Source of the DNA: an uncultured Candidatus Rokubacteria bacterium | GTDB taxonomy: Bacteria; Methylomirabilota; Methylomirabilia; Rokubacteriales; DASRDR01 | DNA length: 64,000 nucleotides | NCBI GenBank assembly: GCA_963826115.1 | Contig: CAWGVS010000005.1 | Span: 544,001 to 608,000 of the forward strand | Direction: 5' to 3' | In this document: in pieces, positions 51,005-60,420 of the stretch | Layout: every line of letters starts with the position of its first letter | Position numbering within the stretch: position 1 is the stretch's first letter | Translations under genes and position numbers: made by a program | The notes under the pieces: model-generated | Databases searched by the model: none | What the model was told of the DNA's origin: nothing | The model's input: only the letters and a program-made list of their open reading frames with translations

Positions 51005-51144
51005 CCCCTCGGACAATGTCGTCCCGAGGTGTTGCCCATCCATCGGCTTCCGGCCGAAAAGACTGTCGCCCGCCCGAGAAGGGGAGTCGTCCCGACTCGC
51101 CGCTCGGCGCCATGCGTGTTCTCACCCCTGGCTGGAGGTGGTTC

Positions 51145-52872
51145 ATGACAAAGTGGCTCGGCAGAGTGTCGGGGATCGTCGGCCTCCTCGTCGCGGTGAC
51201 CCTGCTCTGGAGTCTCGCGTACGGTCCGCCGGCGTTCGAGACGTTCCTGCCGCTGATCGCGGCGCGGCCGGCGGATGCTCAGACCGCCGCGCCGAAGGCC
51301 GGCGAGCCCTTCTACCTGAAGGCCGTCGACCACGAGAAGGCCAAGCGCGGCGGCACGCTCAGGCTGGCGGCCCACGGCCCGCCGTCGATGTTCGACATCT
51401 ACGCGTCCGGGACGATCGCCAACGTCGGCGCCCAGGCGCCCATGTACGACCTCCTGGTGCGGCAGGACCCGCGTGACCCGAAGCTCCCGATCGTGCCGAG
51501 CCTGGCCACCAGCTGGACCATCTCGCCGGACGGGCTGACCTACACGTTCAACCTTCGGCGGGGCGTCAAGTTCCACGACGGGACGGACTTCTCGGCCGAA
51601 GACGTCAAGGCCACGTTCGACCGGATCGTCTTCCCCCCGTCTGGCCTGCTGAGTCTCCGGCTCCTTCCCATCAAGGAGACGGTGGTGAAGGACCGCTACA
51701 CCGTCGAGATGAAGCTCTCCGAGCCCAGGGACTCGTACACCTTCCTGGCCTCGCTCGCCGGCGGCTGGAACGTCATCACCAGCAAGAAGGCCCTCGACCA
51801 GCACAAGGGCGACCTGAAGCAGGTGGACAACTTCCCGGGCACGGGGCCCTTCATGTACAAGACCCGGACCACCGAGTCGTGGGAGCAGGTCCGGAACCCG
51901 AACTACTGGAACCCGAACGCGCCGTACGTCGACCGGATCGTCCACGTGTGGCTCAAGGCGTGGACGCCCGAGCTCGCCTCGGCGCTGCTCGGCGGGCAGG
52001 TGGACTGGGCGATGTGGCTCGACCCGAGCGCCTATCAGAAGGTGAAGGCCAGCAACAACATGTCCGGTCTGGTCTGGATGGCGCCGAACCTGGGCGCGTG
52101 GATCGGCTTCAACAACGAGCGCCCGCCGTTCAATGACAGCCGGGTCCGCCGCGCGCTCCACCTCGCCCTCGACCAGGACGCGCTCAGCAAGATCACCCAG
52201 CAGTTCGACGCGACCCAGCAGCTCGGCGACTACCTGCCGCCGCCGTACGGGAAGAGCTACGAGGAGCTGATCAAGGAGTATCCCAACGCGGCGTCCACCC
52301 GGGAGAAGGCCGTCGCGGACGCCAAGAAGCTCATGGCCGACGCGGGGTTCGCGAGTGGCATGCCGCAGACCTTCAACTTCGTGGTCCGGGAGTCCCCCCA
52401 GAACCGGCAGCTGGCGGCCTACGCCCAGGCCGAGTGGGAGCGGCTCCTCGGCGTGAAGACCAAGCTCGAGGTCGTGCAGGTCTCGGCGATGGTGGACCGC
52501 CAGGTGGCGGGGACGTTCGACATCATCTCCCACGCCACGTGCCTCGGCGGCGCCGACCTGAGCGCCACCATCCGGGCGTGCTTCGGCGTCAACAAGACCA
52601 CGGGCAAGAAGTCCGACAGCAACTTCACCAACTTCGGCAACGCCGAGTTCAACAAGATCCTCAATGAGTTCTCCTCGGAGCTGAACGACCAGAAGAAGGT
52701 CCAGCTCGGGCGGCAGCTGAACCAGATCCTCAACAACGAGATGCCCAACACCGGCGTGACCTACGGCGGCCGGGCGTACGGCTGGTACAACTACGTGAAG
52801 GGGCTGCCCCGGACCGGCGGCAACTCCGACTACAACACCTACCAGTGGGACACCGTCTGGATCGACAAGTAG
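51145..52872 (+). CDS. ABC transporter substrate-binding protein, family 5 (Opp/Dpp/Nik)
   Basis: PSLATSWTISPDGLTYTFNLRRGVKFHDG, GTGPF, PFNDSRVRRAL. SD GGAGGT. Confidence 0.9.
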   Translation: MTKWLGRVSGIVGLLVAVTLLWSLAYGPPAFETFLPLIAARPADAQTAAPKAGEPFYLKAVDHEKAKRGGTLRLAAHGPPSMFDIYASGTIANVGAQAPMYDLLVRQDPRDPKLPIVPSLATSWTISPDGLTYTFNLRRGVKFHDGTDFSAEDVKATFDRIVFPPSGLLSLRLLPIKETVVKDRYTVEMKLSEPRDSYTFLASLAGGWNVITSKKALDQHKGDLKQVDNFPGTGPFMYKTRTTESWEQVRNPNYWNPNAPYVDRIVHVWLKAWTPELASALLGGQVDWAMWLDPSAYQKVKASNNMSGLVWMAPNLGAWIGFNNERPPFNDSRVRRALHLALDQDALSKITQQFDATQQLGDYLPPPYGKSYEELIKEYPNAASTREKAVADAKKLMADAGFASGMPQTFNFVVRESPQNRQLAAYAQAEWERLLGVKTKLEVVQVSAMVDRQVAGTFDIISHATCLGGADLSATIRACFGVNKTTGKKSDSNFTNFGNAEFNKILNEFSSELNDQKKVQLGRQLNQILNNEMPNTGVTYGGRAYGWYNYVKGLPRTGGNSDYNTYQWDTVWIDK

Positions 52873-52878
52873 CCGCAT

Positions 52879-52908
52879 GCCGGGGTGGCGCGCAGGCGCC
52901 ACCCCGGC
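52879..52908 (+). other. Intercistronic hairpin after the SBP gene
   Basis: Perfect 13-bp stem GCCGGGGTGGCGC-GCAG-GCGCCACCCCGGC. Confidence 0.55.
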
Positions 52909-52936
52909 GCGTCCCTCCCTGTAGGGAGCGGTCACG

Positions 52937-53893
52937 ATGCGAACGTACCTGACCAGACGCCTCCTGCTCGTCGTGCCGACGCTGCTCGGCGTCAGCCTGA
53001 TCATCTTCATCGCCATGCGCCTTCTGCCGGGCGATCCGCTCGTGGCCATCTTCGGCCTCGAGGGCGCGAGGCGGATGACCGTCGAGCAGCGCGAGAACCT
53101 GGAGCAGGCGCTCGGGCTCCGCGACCCCTACGTGGTCCAGTACGGGAAGTGGCTCCGGGACATCGGCACCGGCGAGTTCGGCAAGTCGCTCCTGCGGGGG
53201 GACAGCGTCACCCAGTTCGTGATTCGTCGGGGTCCCATCACGCTCGAGATCGCGTTCCTGGCGACGCTGATCTCGTGGGCGGTCGGCTTTCCCGTCGGCA
53301 TCATCAGCGTGGTCAGGCCCAATACCTGGCTCGATCACGCCAGCCGGATGTTCTCCATCCTCTTCGTCGCCATTCCCGGCTTCTGGCTTGGCCTGGTGGT
53401 GGTCCTGGCCCTGATCCTCTGGTTCGACTACAAGGCGCCGATCCTCCCCGTGTATCCCTGGGAGAGCGTCGGGAAGAACCTCGAGATGGTCGCCGGCCCC
53501 GCGGTGGTCCTGGGTCTCGGATTCGCGGGATTCGTGGCCCGCATCGTCCGCTCCTCGCTCGTCGAGATCGTCCAGGAGGACTACGTCCGGACGGCCCGGG
53601 CCAAGGGCGTCCACGAGCGGCGGGTGGTCATCCGGCACGCCCTCCGCAATGCGCTCCTCCCGGTGATCACGTGGAGCAGTCTCTTTCTGGGGGTCGCGCT
53701 CGGCGGCTCGGTCGCCGTCGAGAAGGCCTTCGGCGTCCCGGGGCTGGGGCTGACCGTCATCGACGCCATTCTCGACCGGGACCTGCCGGTGGTGCAGAAC
53801 CTCGTGCTCCTGTACGCGCTCGTGTTCGTGGTGATCAACCTGATCACGGACATGAGCTACGCGTGGCTGGACCCGAGAATCCGCTACGAGTAG
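52937..53893 (+). CDS. ABC permease, OppB/DppB-like
   Basis: LPGDP, EDYVRTARAKG, HALRNALLP, LDPRIR. Confidence 0.92.
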   Translation: MRTYLTRRLLLVVPTLLGVSLIIFIAMRLLPGDPLVAIFGLEGARRMTVEQRENLEQALGLRDPYVVQYGKWLRDIGTGEFGKSLLRGDSVTQFVIRRGPITLEIAFLATLISWAVGFPVGIISVVRPNTWLDHASRMFSILFVAIPGFWLGLVVVLALILWFDYKAPILPVYPWESVGKNLEMVAGPAVVLGLGFAGFVARIVRSSLVEIVQEDYVRTARAKGVHERRVVIRHALRNALLPVITWSSLFLGVALGGSVAVEKAFGVPGLGLTVIDAILDRDLPVVQNLVLLYALVFVVINLITDMSYAWLDPRIRYE

Positions 53894-53900
53894 AGCGGGA

Positions 53901-54842
53901 ATGCGGAACTCGGCGAGGACCACCAGACTGGTTGCCGGTCAGCCCGCGGCCGTGCGGGCCGGCGTCGAGAAGACCGTCGCGAGGAAGCCGCTCAAGAGCG
54001 GTCTCGGGCAGCTCCGGGCCTTCGCCCGGCGCTCCCCGATACCGGCGGTGTGGGGAGTGGTCGCGGTGGTCATGACGCTCGTGGGCGTCTTCGCGGCGGT
54101 GGTGGCGCCCGACGATCCGTTCAGGCCGAACGCCCTCGCCAGGGCCCAGGAGCCGAGCTGGCAGCACTGGCTGGGGACGGACTTCATCGGCCGGGACGTG
54201 CTGAGTCGCATCATCCACGGCACGAAGTGGTCCCTGTTCGTCGCGGTCACGTCCGTGCTCCTGGGTACCACCCTGGGAGCCGTCTGGGCGGTGGCCACCG
54301 CCTTCTTGGGCGGCACGTTCGACTTGCTCGGCCAGCGCCTGGGCGAGGTGCTGCTGTCGTTCCCGCCGATACTCCTGGCGCTACTCCTCGCCTCGGCGCT
54401 CGGGGCGAGCACCTTCACGGTCATCCTCTCGATCGCTGCCACCCGGGTGGCCTATGGCATGCGCATCATCCGGTCGCAGGCGCTGGTCGTGAAGGAGATC
54501 CAGTACGTCGAGGCCGCGCGGAGCCTCGGGTCGTCTCCGTGGCGCATCATGTTTCGCCACATCGCCCCCCAGTGCATCGGGCCGTACCTGATCCTCGCCA
54601 CGACCTCCCTCGGCATCGCCATCGTGCTCGAGGCCACGCTGGGCTTCCTCGGGGCCGGGATTCCGCCGCCCACGCCGACGTGGGGCAACATGCTGGGGGA
54701 CGCCGCGTCGATGCTGATCCCCAAGTGGCACCTGGTGGTCTTCCCGGGGCTCGCCATCGTCATCGCGGCTCTGGCGTTCAACCAGTTCGGCGACGGCCTC
54801 CGCGACGCCCTGGACCCCCGTCTCCGCGGCACCAACCTCTAG
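53901..54842 (+). CDS. ABC permease, OppC/DppC-like
   Basis: HWLGTDFIGRDVLSR, YVEAARSLG, LGFLG, GDGLRDALDPR. Confidence 0.92.
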   Translation: MRNSARTTRLVAGQPAAVRAGVEKTVARKPLKSGLGQLRAFARRSPIPAVWGVVAVVMTLVGVFAAVVAPDDPFRPNALARAQEPSWQHWLGTDFIGRDVLSRIIHGTKWSLFVAVTSVLLGTTLGAVWAVATAFLGGTFDLLGQRLGEVLLSFPPILLALLLASALGASTFTVILSIAATRVAYGMRIIRSQALVVKEIQYVEAARSLGSSPWRIMFRHIAPQCIGPYLILATTSLGIAIVLEATLGFLGAGIPPPTPTWGNMLGDAASMLIPKWHLVVFPGLAIVIAALAFNQFGDGLRDALDPRLRGTNL

Positions 54843-54854
54843 GCCGTCGCGGCG

Positions 54855-55448
54855 GTGATCGCGGCCATCGTGCTCGCGGCGGGCGCGTCCACCCGCATGG
54901 GCCGCCAGAAGCTCACGCTGCCGCTGGGGGACGGGCGGCCGCTGGTGCGCGCGGCGGTGGAGCAGGTGCTCGCCGCGGGGCTGGACGACGTGGTGGTCGT
55001 GACCGGCCGTGAGGCGGAGGCCGTGGCCGGGGCCCTCCGGGGTCTGCCGGTCAGGATCGCGCCGAACCCCCGCTACGCCGAGGGCCAGTCGACGTCGGTC
55101 CGCGCGGGCCTCGACGCCCTCGCCCCGAGGACCGAGGCGGCCGTGATCGCCCTCGGCGACCAGCCGCTCGCCGATCCCCGCGTGATCCGGCGCCTGGTCG
55201 CGACGTTTCAGGCGACCCATCGTCCCATCGTCGTGCCGGTCTACCGGGACGGCCGTGGCAACCCGGCCCTGTTCGCCGCCGCCCTGTTCGGGGAGCTCCG
55301 AGCGGTGACGGGGGATCGCGGGGGGCGCGATGTGATCGTCCGGGATCCCGGCCGGGTCGCCGAGGTGGCCGTGGACGCCCCGATGCCGGGCGACGTCGAC
55401 ACGCCGGAGGACTACGAGGCCGCGCGCGGCCCCGGGGCCCCGGGCTAG
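54855..55448 (+). CDS. mocA: Molybdenum cofactor cytidylyltransferase MocA-like
   Basis: LAAGASTRMGRQK, GQSTS, LGDQP, GNPALF, GDRGGR, DVDTPEDY. Confidence 0.88.
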   Translation: MIAAIVLAAGASTRMGRQKLTLPLGDGRPLVRAAVEQVLAAGLDDVVVVTGREAEAVAGALRGLPVRIAPNPRYAEGQSTSVRAGLDALAPRTEAAVIALGDQPLADPRVIRRLVATFQATHRPIVVPVYRDGRGNPALFAAALFGELRAVTGDRGGRDVIVRDPGRVAEVAVDAPMPGDVDTPEDYEAARGPGAPG

Positions 55449-55527
55449 TCCCCGGCGTCGCCGCTGATACAATGGCTGGCTGGGGCGCCCGAACGGCGCC
55501 CCACACCACGTCGACCGAGGAGCCGGC

Positions 55528-56418
55528 ATGCGCGAGGAGATCCGTCACATCCAGGTCCAGATGGAAGGGGCCGCCTACATCACCGACCCCGCCATCTCGA
55601 CGGCCGTCCACCTGGCGACCACGCTCAGGAAGCCGCTCCTGGTCGAGGGCCACGCCGGAGTCGGCAAGACCGAGATCGCCAAGGTGCTGGCGCGCGTCCG
55701 CGACACCAACCTCATCCGGCTCCAGTGCTACGAGGGCCTCGACGCCTCGGCGGCGCTGTACGAGTGGAACTACCCGAAGCAGATCCTCCGGATCCGGCTC
55801 GAGGAGCGGGAACGGGACGAGCGGTCGATGTCGGCGAGGGAGGCGGACATCTTCTCGGAGACGTTCCTCCTGAAGCGCCCGCTTCTCCAGGCCATCACCC
55901 AGGCGGACCGGGCGCCCGTGCTCCTCATCGACGAGATCGACCGCGCCGACGTCGAGTTCGAGAGCTTCCTCCTGGAGGTGCTCTCGGACTTCCAGGTCAC
56001 CGTCCCCGAGATCGGGACGATCACCGCCGCCCACCGCCCGGATGTCGTGCTGACGTCGAACCGCTCGCGGGACCTGTCCGACGCGCTCCGCCGCCGGTGC
56101 CTCTACCTGTGGATCGACTACCCCTCTTTCGACAAGGAAGTGCGCATCCTCCGGACGAAGGTGCCGGGGATCAACGAGCGCCTGGCTTCCCAGATCGCGC
56201 GCGTCATGCAGAACCTCCGGCGCCGCCAGCTCCAGAAGGTCCCCGGCGTGGCCGAGAGCCTCGACTGGGCCGCCGCGCTCGTCTCGCTCCATGCCGACCA
56301 CCTGGACGCCGAGATCGCGCGGGAGACCCTCGGGTGCGTCCTGAAGGAGGTCGACGACGTGAAGCGCATCGAGGCGGACCTCGCCGCCGGCCGTCTGTCC
56401 GAGCTGCTCGAGGGCTGA
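55528..56418 (+). CDS. coxD: MoxR-family AAA+ ATPase CoxD
   Basis: GHAGVGKT, RLQCYEGLD, YEWNY, IDEIDR, LSDALRRRC, PGVAESLDW. Confidence 0.9.
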   Translation: MREEIRHIQVQMEGAAYITDPAISTAVHLATTLRKPLLVEGHAGVGKTEIAKVLARVRDTNLIRLQCYEGLDASAALYEWNYPKQILRIRLEERERDERSMSAREADIFSETFLLKRPLLQAITQADRAPVLLIDEIDRADVEFESFLLEVLSDFQVTVPEIGTITAAHRPDVVLTSNRSRDLSDALRRRCLYLWIDYPSFDKEVRILRTKVPGINERLASQIARVMQNLRRRQLQKVPGVAESLDWAAALVSLHADHLDAEIARETLGCVLKEVDDVKRIEADLAAGRLSELLEG

Positions 56419-56485
56419 GCCGGGCCCCCGGCGTGACGACCGTGTCGCGGCGGCCGACCGCGCCGGGCGAGGGGACCGCCCGGCG

Positions 56486-57634
56486 ATGACCGTCGCGACC
56501 GCCCCCCGCCCGCGCGACCTCCTCACCGGCACCGTCCGTTTCTGCCGGCTGCTCCGGGCCCGTGGGCTCGCCATCACGCCGTCGGAGAGCCACGACGCCG
56601 TCCGCGCGCTCGAGGTGATCGACCTGGGTGACCGCGAGGAGGTCCGCCGCGCCCTCCGGACGGTGCTCGCGACGCGTCCCGAGGAGTTCCCCGTCTTCGA
56701 CGCGACCTTCGACGCGTTCTGGGGCGGGCTGATCTCCGCGGCGTCGCCGCCGGCGGACGGCGCCACCAACCCCGACGCGCCCCAGGTCAACGCCCACTTC
56801 CCGAAGGCGAAGGACGCCGCGATGGAGTTCTCGGGCTGGGCCGACGTGGGCGACGGCGAGGGCGAGCCGGTCGGGCTCCCCGGCGTCTCGGACGTCGAGT
56901 CGACCATGGGCAAGGACTTCTCGAGCTTCGGCGCCGCCGACCTCGGGGAGGTCGAGCGCCTCGCCGCGCAGATCGCGCGCCGGCTCGCCACGCGGCGGAG
57001 CCGCCGCCTCCGGCCGTCCCGCCGTCGCGGACGGGTCGACCTCCGGCGGACCATGCGCCTGTCCCTCACGCGCGGGGAGCTGATCGACCTCGCCCGCCGG
57101 GAGCGGAAGATCCAGAAGACGAAGCTCGTGATCTTCTGCGACGTGTCGGGATCGATGGATCTGTACAGCCGGCTCCTCCTCCAGTTCCTCTTCGCGATGC
57201 AGAACCACCTCGGCCGGATGGAGACGTTCGTGTTCTCGACGCGCCTCCACCGGATCACCGACGAGCTCCGCCACCACTCGTACCGGGGCGCGCTCGCGCG
57301 GCTCGGCGACGTCCGTGACTGGTCGGGCGGGACGAAGATCGGCGAGAGCCTGCGCGCCTTCACCATCGGGTGGCCGAAGCTCCTCGACCGCGACACCGTC
57401 GTCATCGTGCTGTCCGACGGCTGGGACACCGGCGAGCCTTCGATCCTGGCCGAGGCGCTCCGGACGATGCGCCGGCGCGCGGGCAAGCTCATCTGGCTGA
57501 ACCCGCTCCTCGGGAGCCCGGACTACCAGCCGCTGACGCAGGGAATGCAGGCGGCGCTGCCCGAGGTCGATGCCTTCCTGCCCGCCCACAACCTGGAGTC
57601 GTTCCGGGCGCTCGCCCGGCATCTCAAGCCCTGA
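56486..57634 (+). CDS. coxE: VWA-domain protein CoxE
   Basis: DVSGSM, FVFSTRL, WSGGTKIG, SDGWD, WLNPL. Confidence 0.9.
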   Translation: MTVATAPRPRDLLTGTVRFCRLLRARGLAITPSESHDAVRALEVIDLGDREEVRRALRTVLATRPEEFPVFDATFDAFWGGLISAASPPADGATNPDAPQVNAHFPKAKDAAMEFSGWADVGDGEGEPVGLPGVSDVESTMGKDFSSFGAADLGEVERLAAQIARRLATRRSRRLRPSRRRGRVDLRRTMRLSLTRGELIDLARRERKIQKTKLVIFCDVSGSMDLYSRLLLQFLFAMQNHLGRMETFVFSTRLHRITDELRHHSYRGALARLGDVRDWSGGTKIGESLRAFTIGWPKLLDRDTVVIVLSDGWDTGEPSILAEALRTMRRRAGKLIWLNPLLGSPDYQPLTQGMQAALPEVDAFLPAHNLESFRALARHLKP

Positions 57635-57849
57635 CCGCCCGGCCGCGGGGGATTTGACCGCCGGAGGGCATTCGCCCCGGCCGGCCGGCTCCCCCGCCGG
57701 GGTCCTGCGGACCTCCCGGATTCTCGTTCGTGGGACCCGTGGGGTCGATTCTCCCTAATCCTCGACCGGACAAGGTGTTTCGGTCTGGGAACCTTTTGGC
57801 GAGTAGCTGCACGGGCTGGCGCCCGTCCGGCGACGCTTGCAGTCAGTTT

Positions 57850-57866
57850 CTGGCGCGTCCCTTGCT
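57850..57866 (+). promoter_or_regulatory. sigma54 (-24/-12) promoter
   Basis: CTGGCGC-GTCCC-TTGCT matches YTGGCAC-N5-TTGCW with exact GG/GC spacing, about 50 nt before the ATG with SD AAGGAGG. Confidence 0.65.
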
Positions 57867-57914
57867 CTCCACCAGGGCACGCGGGCTGACCGCGCACCTC
57901 AAGGAGGGTGATTC

Positions 57915-58559
57915 ATGACGGGAGTGCGGATGAGAGCGGGGCAGGCAGTCGGCCGTGACGTCGCGTCTCGGGCGGAGGGCCAGGCGGGGGAGTCGTGGAC
58001 GCGGAGTCTCGCGACCCGGCTCTTGCTGCTGCAGACGCTCATGATCGGCCTGGTGGTCGTGGCCCTGTTCGTCGCCGGCTGCGGGGGCGGCAAGGGGAGC
58101 GGCACGAGCTCGACGACGGGCGCGTCGGCGACCCAGACCGTCAAGCGCCTCGAGGTGACGGTCGTCCGGCCGACCGCGGCGGCCCCGGGGCCGCGGCCCT
58201 TTTACGCGTGGGCGACCGACCTGCTCCAGTTCGCGCGGGCCGCCGAGGCGGCGACGTGTTCGGTGACGGCCGGCGGGCAAACCGTGTCCACGGACGCCAA
58301 CGGGAAAGCGATCCTCGTGAACGTGCCGGTCGACGCGACCGGCAACATCCCGGTGTCGATCGACTGCGACGGGACGCTGAGCTCGGTAAACGTCTCCGCG
58401 AAGCCCGGCACCGTCGTCAACGTCACCGTCGAGGTTCGGCCGGGCCGGGTCGAGGTCAAGGCGAAGGGCGAGCACGTGAGCCAGCCGAGCAAGGTGAGCG
58501 AACCGTCGAAGCCGTCGGAGCCCTCGAAGCGGAGCGGACCCAATCCGGGGTCCGGCTAG
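57915..58559 (+). CDS. Hypothetical lipoprotein with a beta-rich domain and S-x-P-S-K repeats
   Basis: Lipobox FVAG-C, Val/Thr-rich strands, tail SQPSKV-SEPSKP-SEPSKR. Confidence 0.65.
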   Translation: MTGVRMRAGQAVGRDVASRAEGQAGESWTRSLATRLLLLQTLMIGLVVVALFVAGCGGGKGSGTSSTTGASATQTVKRLEVTVVRPTAAAPGPRPFYAWATDLLQFARAAEAATCSVTAGGQTVSTDANGKAILVNVPVDATGNIPVSIDCDGTLSSVNVSAKPGTVVNVTVEVRPGRVEVKAKGEHVSQPSKVSEPSKPSEPSKRSGPNPGSG

Positions 58560-58616
58560 ACCACCGACCAGCGTGGCGGGAGCGTCGGGTCCCGGGCCTG
58601 GCGCTCCCGCTCGCAG

Positions 58617-60380
58617 TTGGCTGTGATGCTCGTCGGTAGTGTCCTCCCCTGGCTCTTCCTGGGCGGCGTCCTGGCCGTCCAGACGGCCTTCGTCGTCCTG
58701 AACGCCGTCTACCCCGGCTGGACCCTCGTCGACCTGGACGCGGAGCACAACTTGCCCACGTATTTCCAGGCGGGACTCCTCGGTCTGGCGTCGATCTCGG
58801 CGGTGTCCGCGCTGCTCGTGGAGTCCCGCGCGCTCGGCCGCCGGACCTGGGCCCTCCTGTCGTGGGCCGGCGCGGCGCTCCTGTTCGCCGCCATGGCGGC
58901 GGACGAGGCGCTCGTCCTCCACGAGGAATTCAACGGCGAGGCCGCGCGGGCGTGGTTCCGGGCAACCTCGCCGGTTCAGGGCACGGTGGTCTGGCTCGTC
59001 CTCCTGTCCCCCGTGGTCGTCGGGGCGATGGGCGGGCTCCTCGCGTGGATCCTCTCGCGGCGGACCATCAGCTTGGCGTTCGTCCGCATCGGTCTCACCG
59101 CGGTGGGCTTGTGGCTCCTCGCGCTCACGTTCGAGGGCACGGCGAAGTCGGTCTTCATCCCGTTGAATCTCTATCGCCTGGAGGTCGCGCTCGAGGAGAG
59201 CGCGGAGGCGCTGGCGCCCGTCGTGATGTGCCTCGCCATCTGGGCCTACGTCGCCACCGTCCGGCGCCGCGCCGGAGCCACCGTGCCGGCGCATGCCGAT
59301 GCGATCCGGGTTCCCTGGCGCCTGGTGGCCGTGGCGACTGCGACCGCGCTCGGCCTGCCGGCCCTGATCGTCGCGGGGTCGATCCTCCTCAATCCCGCCG
59401 TTCGACTGCGGCCGGTCGCGGACGAGCACCTCCGCGCAGGGCGCCTCGAGGACGCGGCGGCGACCTACCGAGCGATCGTGGAGCGAACGCCGCGCTGGGC
59501 GCGGGCCTGGGACCGCCTGGGCATCGCGGAGTACCGGCAGGGCCACCTCGCCGAGGCGGGAGAGGCGTTCGCCACGGCCGCGCGCCTGGCGCCACGCGAC
59601 GCGTCCATGGCGCAGCACGCGGGCGTCATCCTGTACCAGCAGGGACGGTACGAGGCGGCAGTGGCGTCGTTCGAGCGCTCCGCCGCCCTCGATCCCCGCG
59701 ATCCGGACACGCTTCGCAACCTCGCCGCGGTGCTCGCGCGGCTCGGGCGCGCCGCGGAGGCCGAGGCCCTCCGGGCTCGAGCGAATGCCATCGCCCCGGA
59801 GGCGGCGCGCGTGGTCGCGATGCGCGTGAGCTTCCCGGCCGAGGCGGCGCTCGCGTACCTGGCGGCCCCGGGGCTCGAGGTGGCGCTCGAGCGGAGCCGG
59901 AGCGGCGACGTGTCGGCGGCGCTCGCGGCGTATCGGGCGCTGCTCGACCAGGGTCGGTCTCGGGCCGCGGCGCACCTCGGCGCCGCCAACGAGCTCGTCC
60001 GCTGGCAGGCGGCGCTCAGACTGACCGCCGCCCAGGAGCCGATCCGGGTGCCGGACTCCGCGCTCGCGCCGGTCGCCCCGACGGCCCTCTTCGCCGACTG
60101 GGTCCGGCTCGGGGACGGGCGGTGGGAGGAGATGGAGAGCGTGGTGACGCCGCCGGCGTCCGGAGACCGCCATGCGCTCGCGGAGGAGGCCCGGCGTCAC
60201 TACGATCAGGCGCTCAGCCTGGGGGCCGGCGCCCCGGCCCGCCTCGGCCTCGCTGCCCTCGCGCTCGAGCGCGGTGATACCGAGGCCGCCGCCGAGCAGA
60301 TCGCCGTCGCGCGCAGCCTCGATCCACCCCTGCCGCCAGCGACCCTGACGGCGATCGCTGCCCACGCCGTGGCGCGGTAG
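58617..60380 (+). CDS. Membrane protein with TPR domain
   Basis: About 7 TM helices with LDAEHNLPT, DE...LHE and EE motifs, followed by TPRs. Confidence 0.65.
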   Translation: MAVMLVGSVLPWLFLGGVLAVQTAFVVLNAVYPGWTLVDLDAEHNLPTYFQAGLLGLASISAVSALLVESRALGRRTWALLSWAGAALLFAAMAADEALVLHEEFNGEAARAWFRATSPVQGTVVWLVLLSPVVVGAMGGLLAWILSRRTISLAFVRIGLTAVGLWLLALTFEGTAKSVFIPLNLYRLEVALEESAEALAPVVMCLAIWAYVATVRRRAGATVPAHADAIRVPWRLVAVATATALGLPALIVAGSILLNPAVRLRPVADEHLRAGRLEDAAATYRAIVERTPRWARAWDRLGIAEYRQGHLAEAGEAFATAARLAPRDASMAQHAGVILYQQGRYEAAVASFERSAALDPRDPDTLRNLAAVLARLGRAAEAEALRARANAIAPEAARVVAMRVSFPAEAALAYLAAPGLEVALERSRSGDVSAALAAYRALLDQGRSRAAAHLGAANELVRWQAALRLTAAQEPIRVPDSALAPVAPTALFADWVRLGDGRWEEMESVVTPPASGDRHALAEEARRHYDQALSLGAGAPARLGLAALALERGDTEAAAEQIAVARSLDPPLPPATLTAIAAHAVAR

Positions 60381-60420
60381 CGCGCCGCCTGTCCGGCGCG
60401 CCGCTGCTACAATAGGCGGC

